Origin: Terriglobales bacterium
Lineage (GTDB): Bacteria; Acidobacteriota; Terriglobia; Terriglobales; SCQP01
Direction of reading: 5' to 3'
Assembly (NCBI GenBank): GCA_050747905.1
Contig: JBOGKQ010000001.1
Span: forward strand, 122,661 to 186,660
Length of the DNA stretch: 64,000 nucleotides
Shown here piece by piece: positions 41,277 through 51,418 of the stretch. The position numbers and the translations under genes are program-made. Positions within the stretch are counted from its first letter, which is position 1. Each line of letters starts with the position of its first letter. A model generated the notes under the pieces. It had not been told where the DNA came from. It did no database searches and worked only from the letters and a program-made list of their open reading frames with translations.

Positions 41277-42173
41277 CTAACTTCCCAGACTCGGCAGATG
41301 GATGCCGAAGCGCATACCCAGCGCCTTCACCAGCATGCCGTAAGCGAGATAGAGCATGAGGATGGTGAAAATGCGCTTCAGCACCACTGAGCGGAGCCGG
41401 TTCATCACCAGCGTGCCCAGCGTCGCCCCCGCCGTGGTGCCGAGCGCCACCGGCGCGACCACGTAGTAGTGAATCAGCCCGGCGAGATAAAACAGAATTG
41501 AGCCCACCGCGGCGGTCACGCCGATCATCATTTTGCTCGTGCCGACGGCAGCTTTCATCGGCACGTTCATATAGCGGTTCATGGCGGAGACTTTGAGCAC
41601 GCCCCCGCCCACGCCCAGCAGGCCGCTGGCCACCCCCGCCAGATAGGAAATGCTCAAGCCCGTGGCGCAACCGTTGACCATGTAGTCCACCTGGCGGTCG
41701 AGCGCCTGATCGTGGTAGCGGCCACTGAGCTCGAGGCGGCGGGACAAGGCGTCGGGCAGCGCCTGGGCAAACGTGCCGGCGGCGATGCGTTTGTCATCTT
41801 GGTGGCGCGTGACAAAGGCCGTCCAGGCCATGTAGGCGAGCAGGGCGGCAAACAGCAGCAACATGATCCATTCGCGCAAGTACAAGGCCAGCACGCTGCC
41901 GCTGAGGGCGCCGATGGTGGTGGACACTTCCAGAAACATGCCCAGACGGAGGTTGGTGATGTGCTGTTCGACATAGCCGGAACCGCCGGCATTGCTGGTG
42001 GCGATCACCGAGACTAGGCTGGCCGCAACCGCAATTTTAATCGGCAGATGAAAGGCCAGCACCAGCGCGGGCACGATGAAGATGCCGCCGCCCACGCCCA
42101 GCAGCGCGCCCAGAAAGCCGGCGCAGACGGCGGCGGCGAACAGCACGGCTACGAACTGCAGCGTGTACGGCAT
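41277..42173 (-). CDS. TauE/SafE-family anion (sulfite/sulfonate) exporter
   Basis: ATG at 42173 gives MPYTLQFVAVLFAAAVCAGFLGALLGVGGGIFIVPAL. A second GVGGGVL repeat occurs in the C-half. Confidence 0.75.
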   Translation of the reverse strand: MPYTLQFVAVLFAAAVCAGFLGALLGVGGGIFIVPALVLAFHLPIKIAVAASLVSVIATSNAGGSGYVEQHITNLRLGMFLEVSTTIGALSGSVLALYLREWIMLLLFAALLAYMAWTAFVTRHQDDKRIAAGTFAQALPDALSRRLELSGRYHDQALDRQVDYMVNGCATGLSISYLAGVASGLLGVGGGVLKVSAMNRYMNVPMKAAVGTSKMMIGVTAAVGSILFYLAGLIHYYVVAPVALGTTAGATLGTLVMNRLRSVVLKRIFTILMLYLAYGMLVKALGMRFGIHLPSLGS

Positions 42174-42289
42174 ACGGGGTGCAAGGCATTCAGAATACGA
42201 CAGCGGCGTTTTTTCCGCAGCTTCAACACTTTCCACAGGGCAAACTTTGTGGATGCGATTTTTTCCGCTCGGCGGTACTATGCTCGCTC

Positions 42290-43651
42290 ATGGCTCTCGC
42301 CGATCAGCTTGCCGAAAAAGGTTTGCCTGCCAACCTCAACGCTGAACGCTCGGTGCTGGGCGCCATCCTCCTCGACAGCTTCCATTACTTCGCCACCGCC
42401 GACCTGCTCACTCCGGACGATTTCCATCTGGACGCACACCGCAAGATCTATCGCGCCATGCGGGAACTCGCTGCCCGCAGCGTGGCCATGGACTTCATTA
42501 CCCTGGGTGAGGAGCTGGAGCGCCATCACGACCTGGAGGCGGCCGGCGGCCATCTCTACCTGACCACGCTCACCGAGGGCCTGCCGCGCACGCTCAATGC
42601 CGAGCACTACGCCCGCATTGTCAAAGGTCGCGCCGTCGAACGGCAGTTGCTGGGCGTGGCCCAGGAGATGACGCAGGCGGTGCTGGCCGGCGAAACCGGC
42701 GAGGCGGTCCTGGAGATGGCGCAGCAGCGCATCTTCGCCCTCGCCATGGACCGCGTGCAGGAGGGGCTGACCAGCGTCGGCGACCTCACCGGCGACCTGA
42801 TCGCCCGCCTGGACGAACTCCACGGGCAGGAGATTAGCGGCCTGCACACCGGCTTCCGGAAGCTCGACGAGATCACCACCGGATTGCAGAAAGCGGACCT
42901 GGTCATCATCGCCGGACGGCCCTCCATGGGCAAAACCAGCTTCGCCATGAACATCGTGGAAAACGCCGCCCTGCGCTACGGCAAAACCGCGGCCGTGTTC
43001 AGCCTGGAAATGTCGAAAACCCAGCTCGTGCTGCGCATGCTGTGCTCCGAGGCGCACGTCAACGCCAGGTCGCTGCGCAGCGGCTTTTTAGGGCGCAGCG
43101 AGATTTCCGCCCTCACCGCGGCGGCGGGCAAGCTGGCACAGGCGGCCATCTACATCGACGACACCAGCGGCATTGACCTGGCCACCGTGCGCGCCAAATG
43201 CCGGCGCCTGGGGGCGGAACTGGCGGCGCAACATCCGCCCCGCACGCTCGATCTGGTCGCGGTCGATTATCTGCAGCTGATGGGCGCCGGCGCACGCACG
43301 GAAAACCGCAACCTCGAGGTTTCGGCGATTTCGCGCGGCATGAAGATGCTGGCCAAGGAGCTGAACTGCCCGGTGATGGTGCTGTCGCAGTTGAGCCGCG
43401 CGCCGGAACAACGCACCGGAAACCATGAGCCCATCCTCAGCGACTTGCGCGAGTCGGGCTCCATCGAGCAGGACGCCGACCTGGTGATGTTCATCTATCG
43501 CGATGAAATCTATCACCGCGATTCGGAAGAACAGGGGATGGCCAGGATCATCATTGCCAAGCAGCGCAACGGGCCCATCGGCGACATCAAGCTGGCATTC
43601 TTGCGCGACTTCACGCGCTTCGAAAACCTGGCCGACGGATCGGACGAGTAA
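42290..43651 (+). CDS. dnaB: Replicative DNA helicase DnaB
   Basis: ATG at 42290. N-terminal P.N..AERSVLGAILLD, Walker A GRPSMGKTSF, Walker B-like VDYLQLM and the C-terminal IIIAKQRNGPIG. Confidence 0.95.
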   Translation: MALADQLAEKGLPANLNAERSVLGAILLDSFHYFATADLLTPDDFHLDAHRKIYRAMRELAARSVAMDFITLGEELERHHDLEAAGGHLYLTTLTEGLPRTLNAEHYARIVKGRAVERQLLGVAQEMTQAVLAGETGEAVLEMAQQRIFALAMDRVQEGLTSVGDLTGDLIARLDELHGQEISGLHTGFRKLDEITTGLQKADLVIIAGRPSMGKTSFAMNIVENAALRYGKTAAVFSLEMSKTQLVLRMLCSEAHVNARSLRSGFLGRSEISALTAAAGKLAQAAIYIDDTSGIDLATVRAKCRRLGAELAAQHPPRTLDLVAVDYLQLMGAGARTENRNLEVSAISRGMKMLAKELNCPVMVLSQLSRAPEQRTGNHEPILSDLRESGSIEQDADLVMFIYRDEIYHRDSEEQGMARIIIAKQRNGPIGDIKLAFLRDFTRFENLADGSDE

Positions 43652-44871
43652 TGTCGGGCCAGCGGCACGCGCTCGCAGCGGCGTTTCTCGGCTGGATGCT
43701 GGACGCGTTCGACTTCTTCGTCGTCGTGTTTCTGGTGGGCACGCTGGCGCGCCAGTTCACCGTGCCCAAGTCCGCCATCCTCTGGTCCATCACCGCGACC
43801 CTGGCCATGCGGCCGGTGGGAGCGCTGCTGTTCGGGCTGCTGGCGGACCGCTACGGGCGGCGCCTCCCCCTCATGGCCAATGTCGTGTATTTCGCCGTGA
43901 TCGAAGTCGCGTGCGGGTTTGCTCCCAACTACTCCGTGTTTCTGGTGCTGCGGGCGCTGTTCGGCATCGGCATGGGCGGCGAGTGGGGCGTGGGGGCGGC
44001 CCTGGCGATGGAGGCGGCGCCGCGGAAACGGCGCGGAATTTTGTCGGGGCTGCTGCAGAGCGGCTATCCCGTGGGCTATATGGTGGCCGCGTTGGCGGCG
44101 CGGTTTGTGCTGCCCACGCTGGGCTGGAGGGCGATGTTTTGGGCGGGTGGGATTCCGGCGCTGCTGGCGCTGTACGTGCGCGCCAAGGTACCGGAATCGG
44201 CAGCCTGGGAACGCCAGCGCGCCGGCTCAACGCGGGAAATTTTCCGCACCCTGGCGGCCAACGGCAAGCAGATCGCCTACCTCATCGTGCTGATGGCACT
44301 GATGAACTTCCTCTCCCACGGTACCCAGGATTTGTATCCCGATTTCCTGGCGAGCGTGCACCACCTCGGCGCCGCCACGGTGGCCTGGATCGCAGTGCTG
44401 TACAACGTCGGCGCGGTGGTCGGAGCGGTGATTTTTGGCCTGCTATCGGAGCCCTGGGGGCGGCGCCGGAGCATGCTGGCGGCCCTAGCGCTTTCGCTGC
44501 TGGTGGTCCCGTTCTGGGCGCTGGGCGCCGGCGTATGGCTGCTGGCGGCGGCCGCGTTCCTGATGCAGGCGGGCGTGCAGGGCGCGTGGGGGATCATCCC
44601 GGTGCATTTGAACGAGCTCGCTCCGGAGACGGCGCGCGGGCTGCTGCCCGGCTTCAGCTATCAGATCGGGATTCTGATTGCCGCCCCGACCAGCAATATT
44701 GAGTACGCGCTGCGCGATCACTTCGGTTACGCCAAAGCGATGGGCGGGTTTGAGGTCATCATCCTCATCGCCGTGGCGCTGGTGGTGGTGTTCGGGCCCG
44801 AACGCAAGGGACGGGATTTTATGCAGGGTGAGCGCTTGGCTGCATCCCGCGCCGATTTTAGCGCGCCATAA
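43651..44871 (+). CDS. MFS transporter
   Basis: 12-TM profile with the loop motif GLLADRYGRR. The ATG shares 1 nt with the dnaB stop. Confidence 0.8.
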   Translation: MSGQRHALAAAFLGWMLDAFDFFVVVFLVGTLARQFTVPKSAILWSITATLAMRPVGALLFGLLADRYGRRLPLMANVVYFAVIEVACGFAPNYSVFLVLRALFGIGMGGEWGVGAALAMEAAPRKRRGILSGLLQSGYPVGYMVAALAARFVLPTLGWRAMFWAGGIPALLALYVRAKVPESAAWERQRAGSTREIFRTLAANGKQIAYLIVLMALMNFLSHGTQDLYPDFLASVHHLGAATVAWIAVLYNVGAVVGAVIFGLLSEPWGRRRSMLAALALSLLVVPFWALGAGVWLLAAAAFLMQAGVQGAWGIIPVHLNELAPETARGLLPGFSYQIGILIAAPTSNIEYALRDHFGYAKAMGGFEVIILIAVALVVVFGPERKGRDFMQGERLAASRADFSAP

Positions 44872-45775
44872 GATAAAACGAGGCCGCCATCGCCGCCATC
44901 ACGACCCCTTCGACTAGCGCCCAGCGGCGTATCTGCTCCTCCGTGAGCGGCGGATCGTCGCCGACGATCATGCCCAGCACGAAGCCGCTGGCCAGCCCGC
45001 CGAGATGGGCGGCGTTGTCCACGTGCGGAATGGCGAAGGCGAGGATGAGGGCATAGATAGCCCAGCGCACCGCGACATTGCGCAATTGGCGGCCCTGCGT
45101 GGTGTGGCCGCGCCGCACGCCGTAGGCGATCATGACGCCCAGAATGCCAAAGATCGCCCCCGAGGCGCCCAGGCTGAGGAAACCGAAATAGCTCGACACC
45201 ATGTAGCCGAACACGCCCGTGAGCATATAGAAGAACAAAAGCTTGGCGCCGCCGTAGAACGACTCCACGATCTGGCCAATGTCGTACAGCGCCCACATGT
45301 TGAAACCGATGTGGAGCACCCCGGCATGGAGAAAACAGGCGGTCACCCAGCGCCAATATTGGTTGTGAAACGGCGATGGCAGCAGCAGGTAGGCGAGCGG
45401 CACGCTCTCGCCCAACCGCTGGGTGGCGGCCGCGCTCGGGGAGGCGAACAGATTCGTCAGCAGCGAGGTCCCGCTGAGTGCGTACTCGAGGATAAACAGA
45501 ATGAAATTGATGAGGATGAGGATGCCGGTGACCGGGACCGTTCCCGGCATGGCGCGCTTCATCAGCTTGCCGGCGGGCCCGGTGCCAAACACTTGGAGGC
45601 GCTGGCCGCAATAGGGGCACACGGCGTTGCCGCGCGGCACAAAGGCGCGGCAGGAAGGGCACATCTTGTTGCTGGCGGTGACCGCTTGTTCGGTCTGGCG
45701 CGCGTTCGCCTTCCACGCCCCCCAGCGGTTGCGCAGGCGGTTCAGCTTAAACTGCCATTTGGGCGAAAGCGGCAT
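44858..45775 (-). CDS. Rhomboid-family intramembrane serine protease with N-terminal zinc-ribbon
   Basis: CPSC...CPYC ribbon, then TM helices with the catalytic GASGAIFG and the His in AAHLGGLASG. Confidence 0.8.
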   Translation of the reverse strand: MPLSPKWQFKLNRLRNRWGAWKANARQTEQAVTASNKMCPSCRAFVPRGNAVCPYCGQRLQVFGTGPAGKLMKRAMPGTVPVTGILILINFILFILEYALSGTSLLTNLFASPSAAATQRLGESVPLAYLLLPSPFHNQYWRWVTACFLHAGVLHIGFNMWALYDIGQIVESFYGGAKLLFFYMLTGVFGYMVSSYFGFLSLGASGAIFGILGVMIAYGVRRGHTTQGRQLRNVAVRWAIYALILAFAIPHVDNAAHLGGLASGFVLGMIVGDDPPLTEEQIRRWALVEGVVMAAMAASFYLMAR

Positions 45776-45797
45776 GCGGTGCGAGCGTTATCCCGGC

Positions 45798-46331
45798 TCA
45801 GGCCCTGCGATCGATCGTCACGTGCTCGAGGACGACCGGCGCTTTGGGGCGATCCCGGCTGTCACGCGGCGTGGTCGCGATTTTTTCCACCACGTCGTAG
45901 CCAGAGACAACTTGGCCGAACACACTGTGCTTGCGATCCAGCCAGGTGGCGGGCGCGACGGTGACGAAAAACTGCGAACCGTTGGTGCCCGGGCCGGCGT
46001 TGGCCATGGAGAGCATTCCCGGCTGCGCGTGGTTGAGGCGGGGATGAAATTCGTCGGCAAACTTGTAGCCGGGCCCGCCGGTACCGGTGCCCAGCGGACA
46101 TCCACCCTGGATCATGAAGTCGGGAATGACGCGATGGAAGATCAAGCCGTCGTAGAAGCGGCGCTGGGCCCGGGCGCCGGTTTTGGGGTCAGTGAATGCC
46201 TTGTTGCCTTCGGCCAGGCCGGTGAAGTTGGCCACCGTATGGGGCGCCTCCTGCTCAAACAGGCGGGCCTCAAAATCACCCATGGACGTGGAAAAGTGAG
46301 CGTAAAGTCCGGGCTGCGACGGAGTCGGCAT
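45798..46331 (-). CDS. Cyclophilin-type peptidyl-prolyl cis-trans isomerase
   Basis: FHRVIPDFMIQGGCP, MANAGPGTNGSQFF and HSVFGQV motifs. Confidence 0.9.
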   Translation of the reverse strand: MPTPSQPGLYAHFSTSMGDFEARLFEQEAPHTVANFTGLAEGNKAFTDPKTGARAQRRFYDGLIFHRVIPDFMIQGGCPLGTGTGGPGYKFADEFHPRLNHAQPGMLSMANAGPGTNGSQFFVTVAPATWLDRKHSVFGQVVSGYDVVEKIATTPRDSRDRPKAPVVLEHVTIDRRA

Positions 46332-46387
46332 GGCGCGCGACGATCCTTTCGGAGAGTGGAATGTTAGTCTAACCAGTTGAGCACACT

Positions 46388-47326
46388 ATGGCGACGACAC
46401 GCAATGTGGTGATTCTCGGCTCCGGCTGTTCGGGGCTGACAGCCGCGATTTACTGCGGACGGGCGGGGCTGGAGCCGCTGGTCATCGAAGGCCATGAGGC
46501 GGGCGGGCAACTGAGCTTGACCACGCTGGTGGAAAACTTTCCCGGCTTTCCGGTAGGCATTCAGGGCCCGCAGTTGATCGAAAACTTGCGTGCTCAGGCG
46601 GCCGCGTTCGGCACCTCCTTCGCCGCCGGCGACGTGGTGGCGGCGACGCTCGGCCTGCGGCCCTTCCAGCTGCAGCTTGACGGCCAGGCAGAGCCCCTGC
46701 TGGCGCGCGCCCTGATCATTGCCAGCGGCGCACGCGCGCGCTGGTTGGGACTGCAGAGCGAGCAGGCCTTGATCGGGCACGGCGTCTCCAGCTGTGCCAC
46801 CTGCGACGGGTTCTTTTTCCGCGGCAAGGATATCGTCGTGGTTGGCGGCGGCGATTCGGCGATGGAGGAAGCGCTGTTTCTCACCCGCTTTGCCACCACG
46901 GTTACGATTGTGCACCGCCGCGGTCAGTTTCGGGCATCGAAAATCATGCTCGAGCGGGCCCGGGCACACGACAAGATCCGCTGGATTGCGAATGCGCGCA
47001 TTACCGAAGTGCTCGATGTGGCGAAGAAGGAAGTCAACGCCATCCGGCTGGAGTCCACCCACGGTAACAGACGGGAGTGGGAGCTGCCGACCGCGGCGGT
47101 GTTTCTGGGTATCGGGCATGAGCCCAACACCAAGCCGTTTCTGGGTCAGTTGCCCACCGATGCCGACGGGTATCTGCTGACCACCGCCAACGTGCTGACG
47201 CCGATTGCCGGCGTCTACGCCTGCGGCGATGTGCAGGACCGGCGCTACCGCCAGGCCATCACTGCCGCCGGCACCGGCTGCATGGCCGCCATGGAAGCCG
47301 AGAAATTCCTGGCCGAGTCGCCCTGA
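46388..47326 (+). CDS. trxB: Thioredoxin-disulfide reductase
   Basis: FAD motif ILGSGCSGLTAAIY, redox-active CATCDG, NADPH motif VVGGGDSAMEEA and the C-terminal GDVQD...AITAAGTGCMAA. Confidence 0.9.
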   Translation: MATTRNVVILGSGCSGLTAAIYCGRAGLEPLVIEGHEAGGQLSLTTLVENFPGFPVGIQGPQLIENLRAQAAAFGTSFAAGDVVAATLGLRPFQLQLDGQAEPLLARALIIASGARARWLGLQSEQALIGHGVSSCATCDGFFFRGKDIVVVGGGDSAMEEALFLTRFATTVTIVHRRGQFRASKIMLERARAHDKIRWIANARITEVLDVAKKEVNAIRLESTHGNRREWELPTAAVFLGIGHEPNTKPFLGQLPTDADGYLLTTANVLTPIAGVYACGDVQDRRYRQAITAAGTGCMAAMEAEKFLAESP

Positions 47327-47552
47327 CCTGAAACTTCTCTCGCCCCCGTCCCAAGCAGGCAACCCCTAGCCTCCCGTCCGCCTCTAACCGATACCCCGGC
47401 CCGCTGGACAGATGGCCGGATACGGTGATCGCGCCCTCCAATTGTCTCGAAATTCACGCCCCGGAGCTTCAAAGCGCGGCACCACGACCCTTGCTGAATC
47501 TAAACGACTTCCACCAATAAGTGGCACACTTCAGGCCTGTTTTATGAGGGAG

Positions 47553-48323
47553 TCATCCCCCATTCGCGCGGGTCGCGCCTTCAGCCCGCAGGCGGGCATG
47601 CGCGAGCAGGAGCTGGCCGCAGTCCTGGCTCACGGCCGGGTTGCCTTCGGCACGGTGATCGAGGAAACGGCCAAGAGGGCCCAACAGTGGAAACAGGCGC
47701 CAGGTGTGGGGCAGGAGGTTGCTGACACCGCACAGCTCCAGCACCTCGAAATCGGCCAGCTCCGAGCGCAGCTCATCCGCTTCGTAGCAGTGGTAGAAGA
47801 TGCCGCTCTCGTGAACGCCTTCCCGCGGCAGGCCGCGGCGGCGCCAAGCACAACTGTGGTTGTACACCGTCAGCAACAGGCGGCCGCCAGGGAGCAACAG
47901 GCGCGCGAAAGCGGCCAGCAGGGCACGGCGGCCGGCAGCGCCCGGAAGATGCTCGAGCACTTGCGTGCAAACGATGGCCTCAAACTGCGCCGCCCGGACG
48001 GGCAATCGTGTCAGATCCGCCTGGCATACACGCAGCCGCGCCCAAGCAGGCGCCTGCTGCCGGAGCTGGCGGAGGCGGGCGAAAGCGAAATCCACTGCCA
48101 CCACCTCCGCGCCGGCCCCCAGGGCGGCGAGGCTGATGCGCCCGATGCCGCAGCCGGCATCCAGCACCCGCAGTCCGGAATGTGGCCTTAGGCGCGCCAT
48201 CACTGCCTCCCGCTCCACGCGCCACTCGTAGCGCGTGCGGCGCGTGGCACGGTAGGAAAGCACACGCTCGCGGCAGGCGCGCTCGTGGCGCTGTAGATCT
48301 TCGGGCGAAGCGGCAAGCGGCAT
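47553..48323 (-). CDS. Class I SAM-dependent methyltransferase
   Basis: Motif I VLDAGCGIGRISL and the post-I acidic residue (VAVDF). Confidence 0.75.
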   Translation of the reverse strand: MPLAASPEDLQRHERACRERVLSYRATRRTRYEWRVEREAVMARLRPHSGLRVLDAGCGIGRISLAALGAGAEVVAVDFAFARLRQLRQQAPAWARLRVCQADLTRLPVRAAQFEAIVCTQVLEHLPGAAGRRALLAAFARLLLPGGRLLLTVYNHSCAWRRRGLPREGVHESGIFYHCYEADELRSELADFEVLELCGVSNLLPHTWRLFPLLGPLGRFLDHRAEGNPAVSQDCGQLLLAHARLRAEGATRANGG

Positions 48324-48370
48324 CCCTCGTTCCGATGCCGGATGAAGCCGGTGGGATTAGGATAGCCAAC

Positions 48371-49450
48371 ATGGACTACCACGGGCGGCAGGCGGCGGCG
48401 CACATGTGCTGCGGACGCGGCGGGGTGGATGCGCTGCTGGTGTCGCATTTGCCCAATATCCGATATTTGACCGGGTTCAGCGGCTCCAACGCCTTGCTGG
48501 TGCTGGAGGCTGCGCGCGGGGCGGTGCTTTTTACCGATGGCCGCTACCGTGTGCAGGCGCGTCACCAGGTCCGCGGCGCAAGCGTGAACGTTCCGCCCAA
48601 GGGGGATCTGTGGACAGCGGCAGCGGGACGAGCCGCAAAGCTCAAACACGTGGGGCTGGAATTCGAGCACGTGAGCCTGGCGCAGCGGGCGCGCTGGCTG
48701 CGGCTCTGGGACGGTGGGGCCAAAGGCCTGAAAAATTGCAGCGGCTGGATTGAGCAGCTGCGCACCATCAAGGAATCGGCTGAAATCGAGGCCCTACGGC
48801 GGGCGGTGCGGCTGGCCTCTTCGGCTTTTCTGCCCACGCTGCGGCACTATCGGCCCGGCATGGCGGAGACCGAACTGGTGGGCTGGCTGGAATTTGGCCT
48901 GCGGCGGGCGGGAGCAGAAGGATTGGCGTTTGACACGATTTTGGCTGGCGGTCCGCACGGCGCTATGGTGCATGCGCAACCCGATGGCCGCGCGCTGCCG
49001 CGGCGCGGATTTGTGGTGATGGACTACGGCCTGGTGCTTGCCGGCTACCATAGCGACATGACCCGCACGCCGCATATCGGCGCCGCGGGTCGTAAAGCCC
49101 AGACGGTGTACCGGGCGGTGCGCGAGGCGCAGGCGGCGGCCATCGCCGCCGTGCGCGCCGGTGTGGCCGCCGCCGCCGTGGATGCGGCTGCTCGCCGGGT
49201 TTTGCAGCATGCCGGATATGGGCGCTATTTTCCGCATTCAACCGGGCACGGGGTGGGGTTGGAAATTCATGAGGGCCCCCGGCTGGCGGCCACGTCGAAG
49301 GACCGCTTAAAGGCCGGACAGGTGATTACCATCGAGCCCGGCGTGTATATTCCCGGATGGGGCGGAGTGCGGCTCGAGGATGTCGTGCTGGTGACGCCCA
49401 CGGGGGCGGAAATTCTGACGCCCACACCGAAGGAACTCATTATTCTTTAG
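48371..49450 (+). CDS. M24-family Xaa-Pro aminopeptidase
   Basis: ATG at 48371. Creatinase-like N-domain (DALLVSHLPNIRYLTGF) and pita-bread metal ligands in MDYG..YHSDMTRT, HSTGHGVGLEIHE and EPG..GVRLED. Confidence 0.85.
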   Translation: MDYHGRQAAAHMCCGRGGVDALLVSHLPNIRYLTGFSGSNALLVLEAARGAVLFTDGRYRVQARHQVRGASVNVPPKGDLWTAAAGRAAKLKHVGLEFEHVSLAQRARWLRLWDGGAKGLKNCSGWIEQLRTIKESAEIEALRRAVRLASSAFLPTLRHYRPGMAETELVGWLEFGLRRAGAEGLAFDTILAGGPHGAMVHAQPDGRALPRRGFVVMDYGLVLAGYHSDMTRTPHIGAAGRKAQTVYRAVREAQAAAIAAVRAGVAAAAVDAAARRVLQHAGYGRYFPHSTGHGVGLEIHEGPRLAATSKDRLKAGQVITIEPGVYIPGWGGVRLEDVVLVTPTGAEILTPTPKELIIL

Positions 49451-49462
49451 AATGGAAGCTCG

Positions 49463-49927
49463 ATGCCTCCGCAGAAACCACACTCCATGGACCTTGACGC
49501 TATCCGAAAGTTGATTGACACCCTCATCGAAAAGCAGGTGGACGAGTTCGAGCTGGAAGAAGAGGGAAGGCGCATCCGCATCCGGCGCGGGGTGGCGGCG
49601 CCCGCCGCGGCTGTCTCGGCGGCTCCCGTTCCGGTGCTGGGGCCCGCCCCCGCGCCCCCGGGAGCGACGGGCGAGGAAGTGGGGCTGGTGACGGTCACCT
49701 CGCCCATTGTCGGAACCTACTTCGAATCGCCGGCGCCGGGCGCGGCCGAGTTCGTCAAGTCGGGCGACAGCGTCGAGCCCGGCAAGGTGCTGTGCATCAT
49801 TGAAGCGATGAAACTGATGAATGAGATCGAGGCGGAGATCGCCGGCACGGTGGTGCGCAAGCTGGTGACCAACGGCCAGCCAGTGGAGTTTGGGCAGGCA
49901 CTGCTGCTACTTCGCCCGAACCGGTAA
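49463..49927 (+). CDS. accB: Acetyl-CoA carboxylase biotin carboxyl carrier protein
   Basis: Ala/Pro linker and the biotinyl-lysine motif [10 protein letters not shown]. Located upstream of accC. Confidence 0.9.
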   Translation: MPPQKPHSMDLDAIRKLIDTLIEKQVDEFELEEEGRRIRIRRGVAAPAAAVSAAPVPVLGPAPAPPGATGEEVGLVTVTSPIVGTYFESPAPGAAEFVKSGDSVEPGKVLCIIEAMKLMNEIEAEIAGTVVRKLVTNGQPVEFGQALLLLRPNR

Positions 49928-49935
49928 GGCCGCCG

Positions 49936-51330
49936 ATGTTCAAGAAGATCCTGATTGCCAACCGCGGCGAGATCGCGCTGCGGGTGATTTGCGCGTGCAA
50001 GGAGATGGGCATCCGGACCGTGGCCATCTTCTCCGAGGCCGACCGGCATGCGCTGCACGTGCGCTTTGCCGATCAGGCCGTTTGCGTGGGACCGCCACGG
50101 CCGGGGGACAGCTACCTGAATGTGCCGGCGGTGGTGAGCGCGGCGGAAATCACCAACGTGGACGCCATTCATCCCGGCTACGGGTTTTTGTCCGAAAACG
50201 CCAACTTCGCCGAGGTGTGCGAAGCCAGCCACATCAAATTCATTGGGCCCAGGCCGGAGGTGGTTCGGCTGATGGGAGAAAAAGAGCGCGCCCGCGCGGC
50301 CGCCAGGAAAGCTGGGCTGCCAGTCCTCCCGGGCTCGGACGGGGTGCTGGCGGATGAGGCGGCGGCGCTGGCGGTGGCGCAACAGGTCGGCTATCCGGTG
50401 ATGATCAAGGCCTCGGCGGGCGGAGGCGGACGCGGCATGCGCATGGTGCGCGCGCAGCAGGAAATGCCGGGGCTTTTTTCCGCCGCCCAGACCGAGGCCG
50501 CCAACGCGTTCGGGTGTGGGGACCTGTACCTGGAAAAACTGGTGGTCGAGCCCCGCCATATCGAGTTTCAGATTCTCGGCGATGAACACGGCCGCGTCAT
50601 CCACCTGAGCGAGCGCGAGTGCAGCGTGCAACGGCGGCACCAGAAGCTGGTGGAAGAGTCGCCGGGCACGCCCGTCACCGCCGAGCTGCGGCAGAAAATG
50701 GGCGCCGTCGTCACCGCGGCGATGGCTAACATCGGCTACACCAATGCCGGGACTATCGAATTCTTGATGGACAAGAGCGGAGCGCTCTACTTCATCGAGA
50801 TGAACACGCGCCTGCAGGTCGAGCACGCGGTGACGGAAATGGTCACCGGCGTGGATCTGGTGAAGGCGCAGATCCGCATCGCCGCCGGCGAGCACCTGGA
50901 AAACATTCTGAGCGTGCCCGCAGGGCAAACCGGCCTGCTGCCCCACGGTCATGCCATCGAGTGCCGCATCAACGCCGAAAATCCCGTGAACTTCACGCCT
51001 TCGGCGGGCAAGGTGACGGCGCTGAACCTGCCCGGTGGCATCGGTGTGCGCGTCGATTCGGCCGTGTACGTGGAAGGCACGGTGCCGCCCTACTACGATT
51101 CGCTGGTGGCCAAGCTGATTGCCTGCGGCAACGATCGCGACGAGGCCATCGCGCGTATGCAGCGCGCGCTCGACATGTTCGTGGTGCAGGGAATCGAGAC
51201 TTCGATTCCGCTGCACCGCAAAATCCTGGCCGATGCGGATTTCCGCGCCGGGCGGCTTTCGACCTCCTTTATGGACCGCTTCATGCCGGAGAAGAAGGCG
51301 CGCACGCTGCCGCCCGCGGCTGGCCACTAG
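49936..51330 (+). CDS. accC: Acetyl-CoA carboxylase biotin carboxylase subunit
   Basis: [21 protein letters not shown]-grasp GGGGRGMR, and [10 protein letters not shown]. Confidence 0.95.
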   Translation: MFKKILIANRGEIALRVICACKEMGIRTVAIFSEADRHALHVRFADQAVCVGPPRPGDSYLNVPAVVSAAEITNVDAIHPGYGFLSENANFAEVCEASHIKFIGPRPEVVRLMGEKERARAAARKAGLPVLPGSDGVLADEAAALAVAQQVGYPVMIKASAGGGGRGMRMVRAQQEMPGLFSAAQTEAANAFGCGDLYLEKLVVEPRHIEFQILGDEHGRVIHLSERECSVQRRHQKLVEESPGTPVTAELRQKMGAVVTAAMANIGYTNAGTIEFLMDKSGALYFIEMNTRLQVEHAVTEMVTGVDLVKAQIRIAAGEHLENILSVPAGQTGLLPHGHAIECRINAENPVNFTPSAGKVTALNLPGGIGVRVDSAVYVEGTVPPYYDSLVAKLIACGNDRDEAIARMQRALDMFVVQGIETSIPLHRKILADADFRAGRLSTSFMDRFMPEKKARTLPPAAGH

Positions 51331-51418
51331 CCATCGCGCCTGCGGCTTTGCCCCAAGTTCAAGACGCACTTCCGATGGCACCGTTGTGCAACCTTCTTCT
51401 GACTCAGGACACCAGGGC

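Noticed and set aside
42174-42289. Replication origin next to dnaB
   Set aside because: There are only two imperfect DnaA-box-like 9-mers, no AT-rich unwinding repeats and no dnaA/dnaN nearby. It is kept only as a possible regulatory site.
47327-47552. Possible ncRNA in the 226-nt convergent spacer after trxB
   Set aside because: It contains only short hairpins (CCGGCC...GGCCGG, CCAC...GTGG) and no motif I can match to a known RNA family. That is insufficient for a call.
49711-49725. TTCGAATC string resembling a tRNA T-loop; general scan for tRNA, rRNA and CRISPR repeats
   Set aside because: The string lies inside accB coding sequence without acceptor or anticodon arms. No cloverleaf-compatible region, rRNA-like stretch or regularly spaced direct repeats were seen anywhere in the window (a by-eye scan, not exhaustive).
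51331-51418. Possible TPP riboswitch upstream of thiE
   Set aside because: I looked for the conserved CUGAGA and ACCUGAUCUGGAUAAUGCCAGCG-type elements and found only a loose ctgactcagga. The spacer is too short (~55-88 nt) for a THI-box aptamer plus expression platform.
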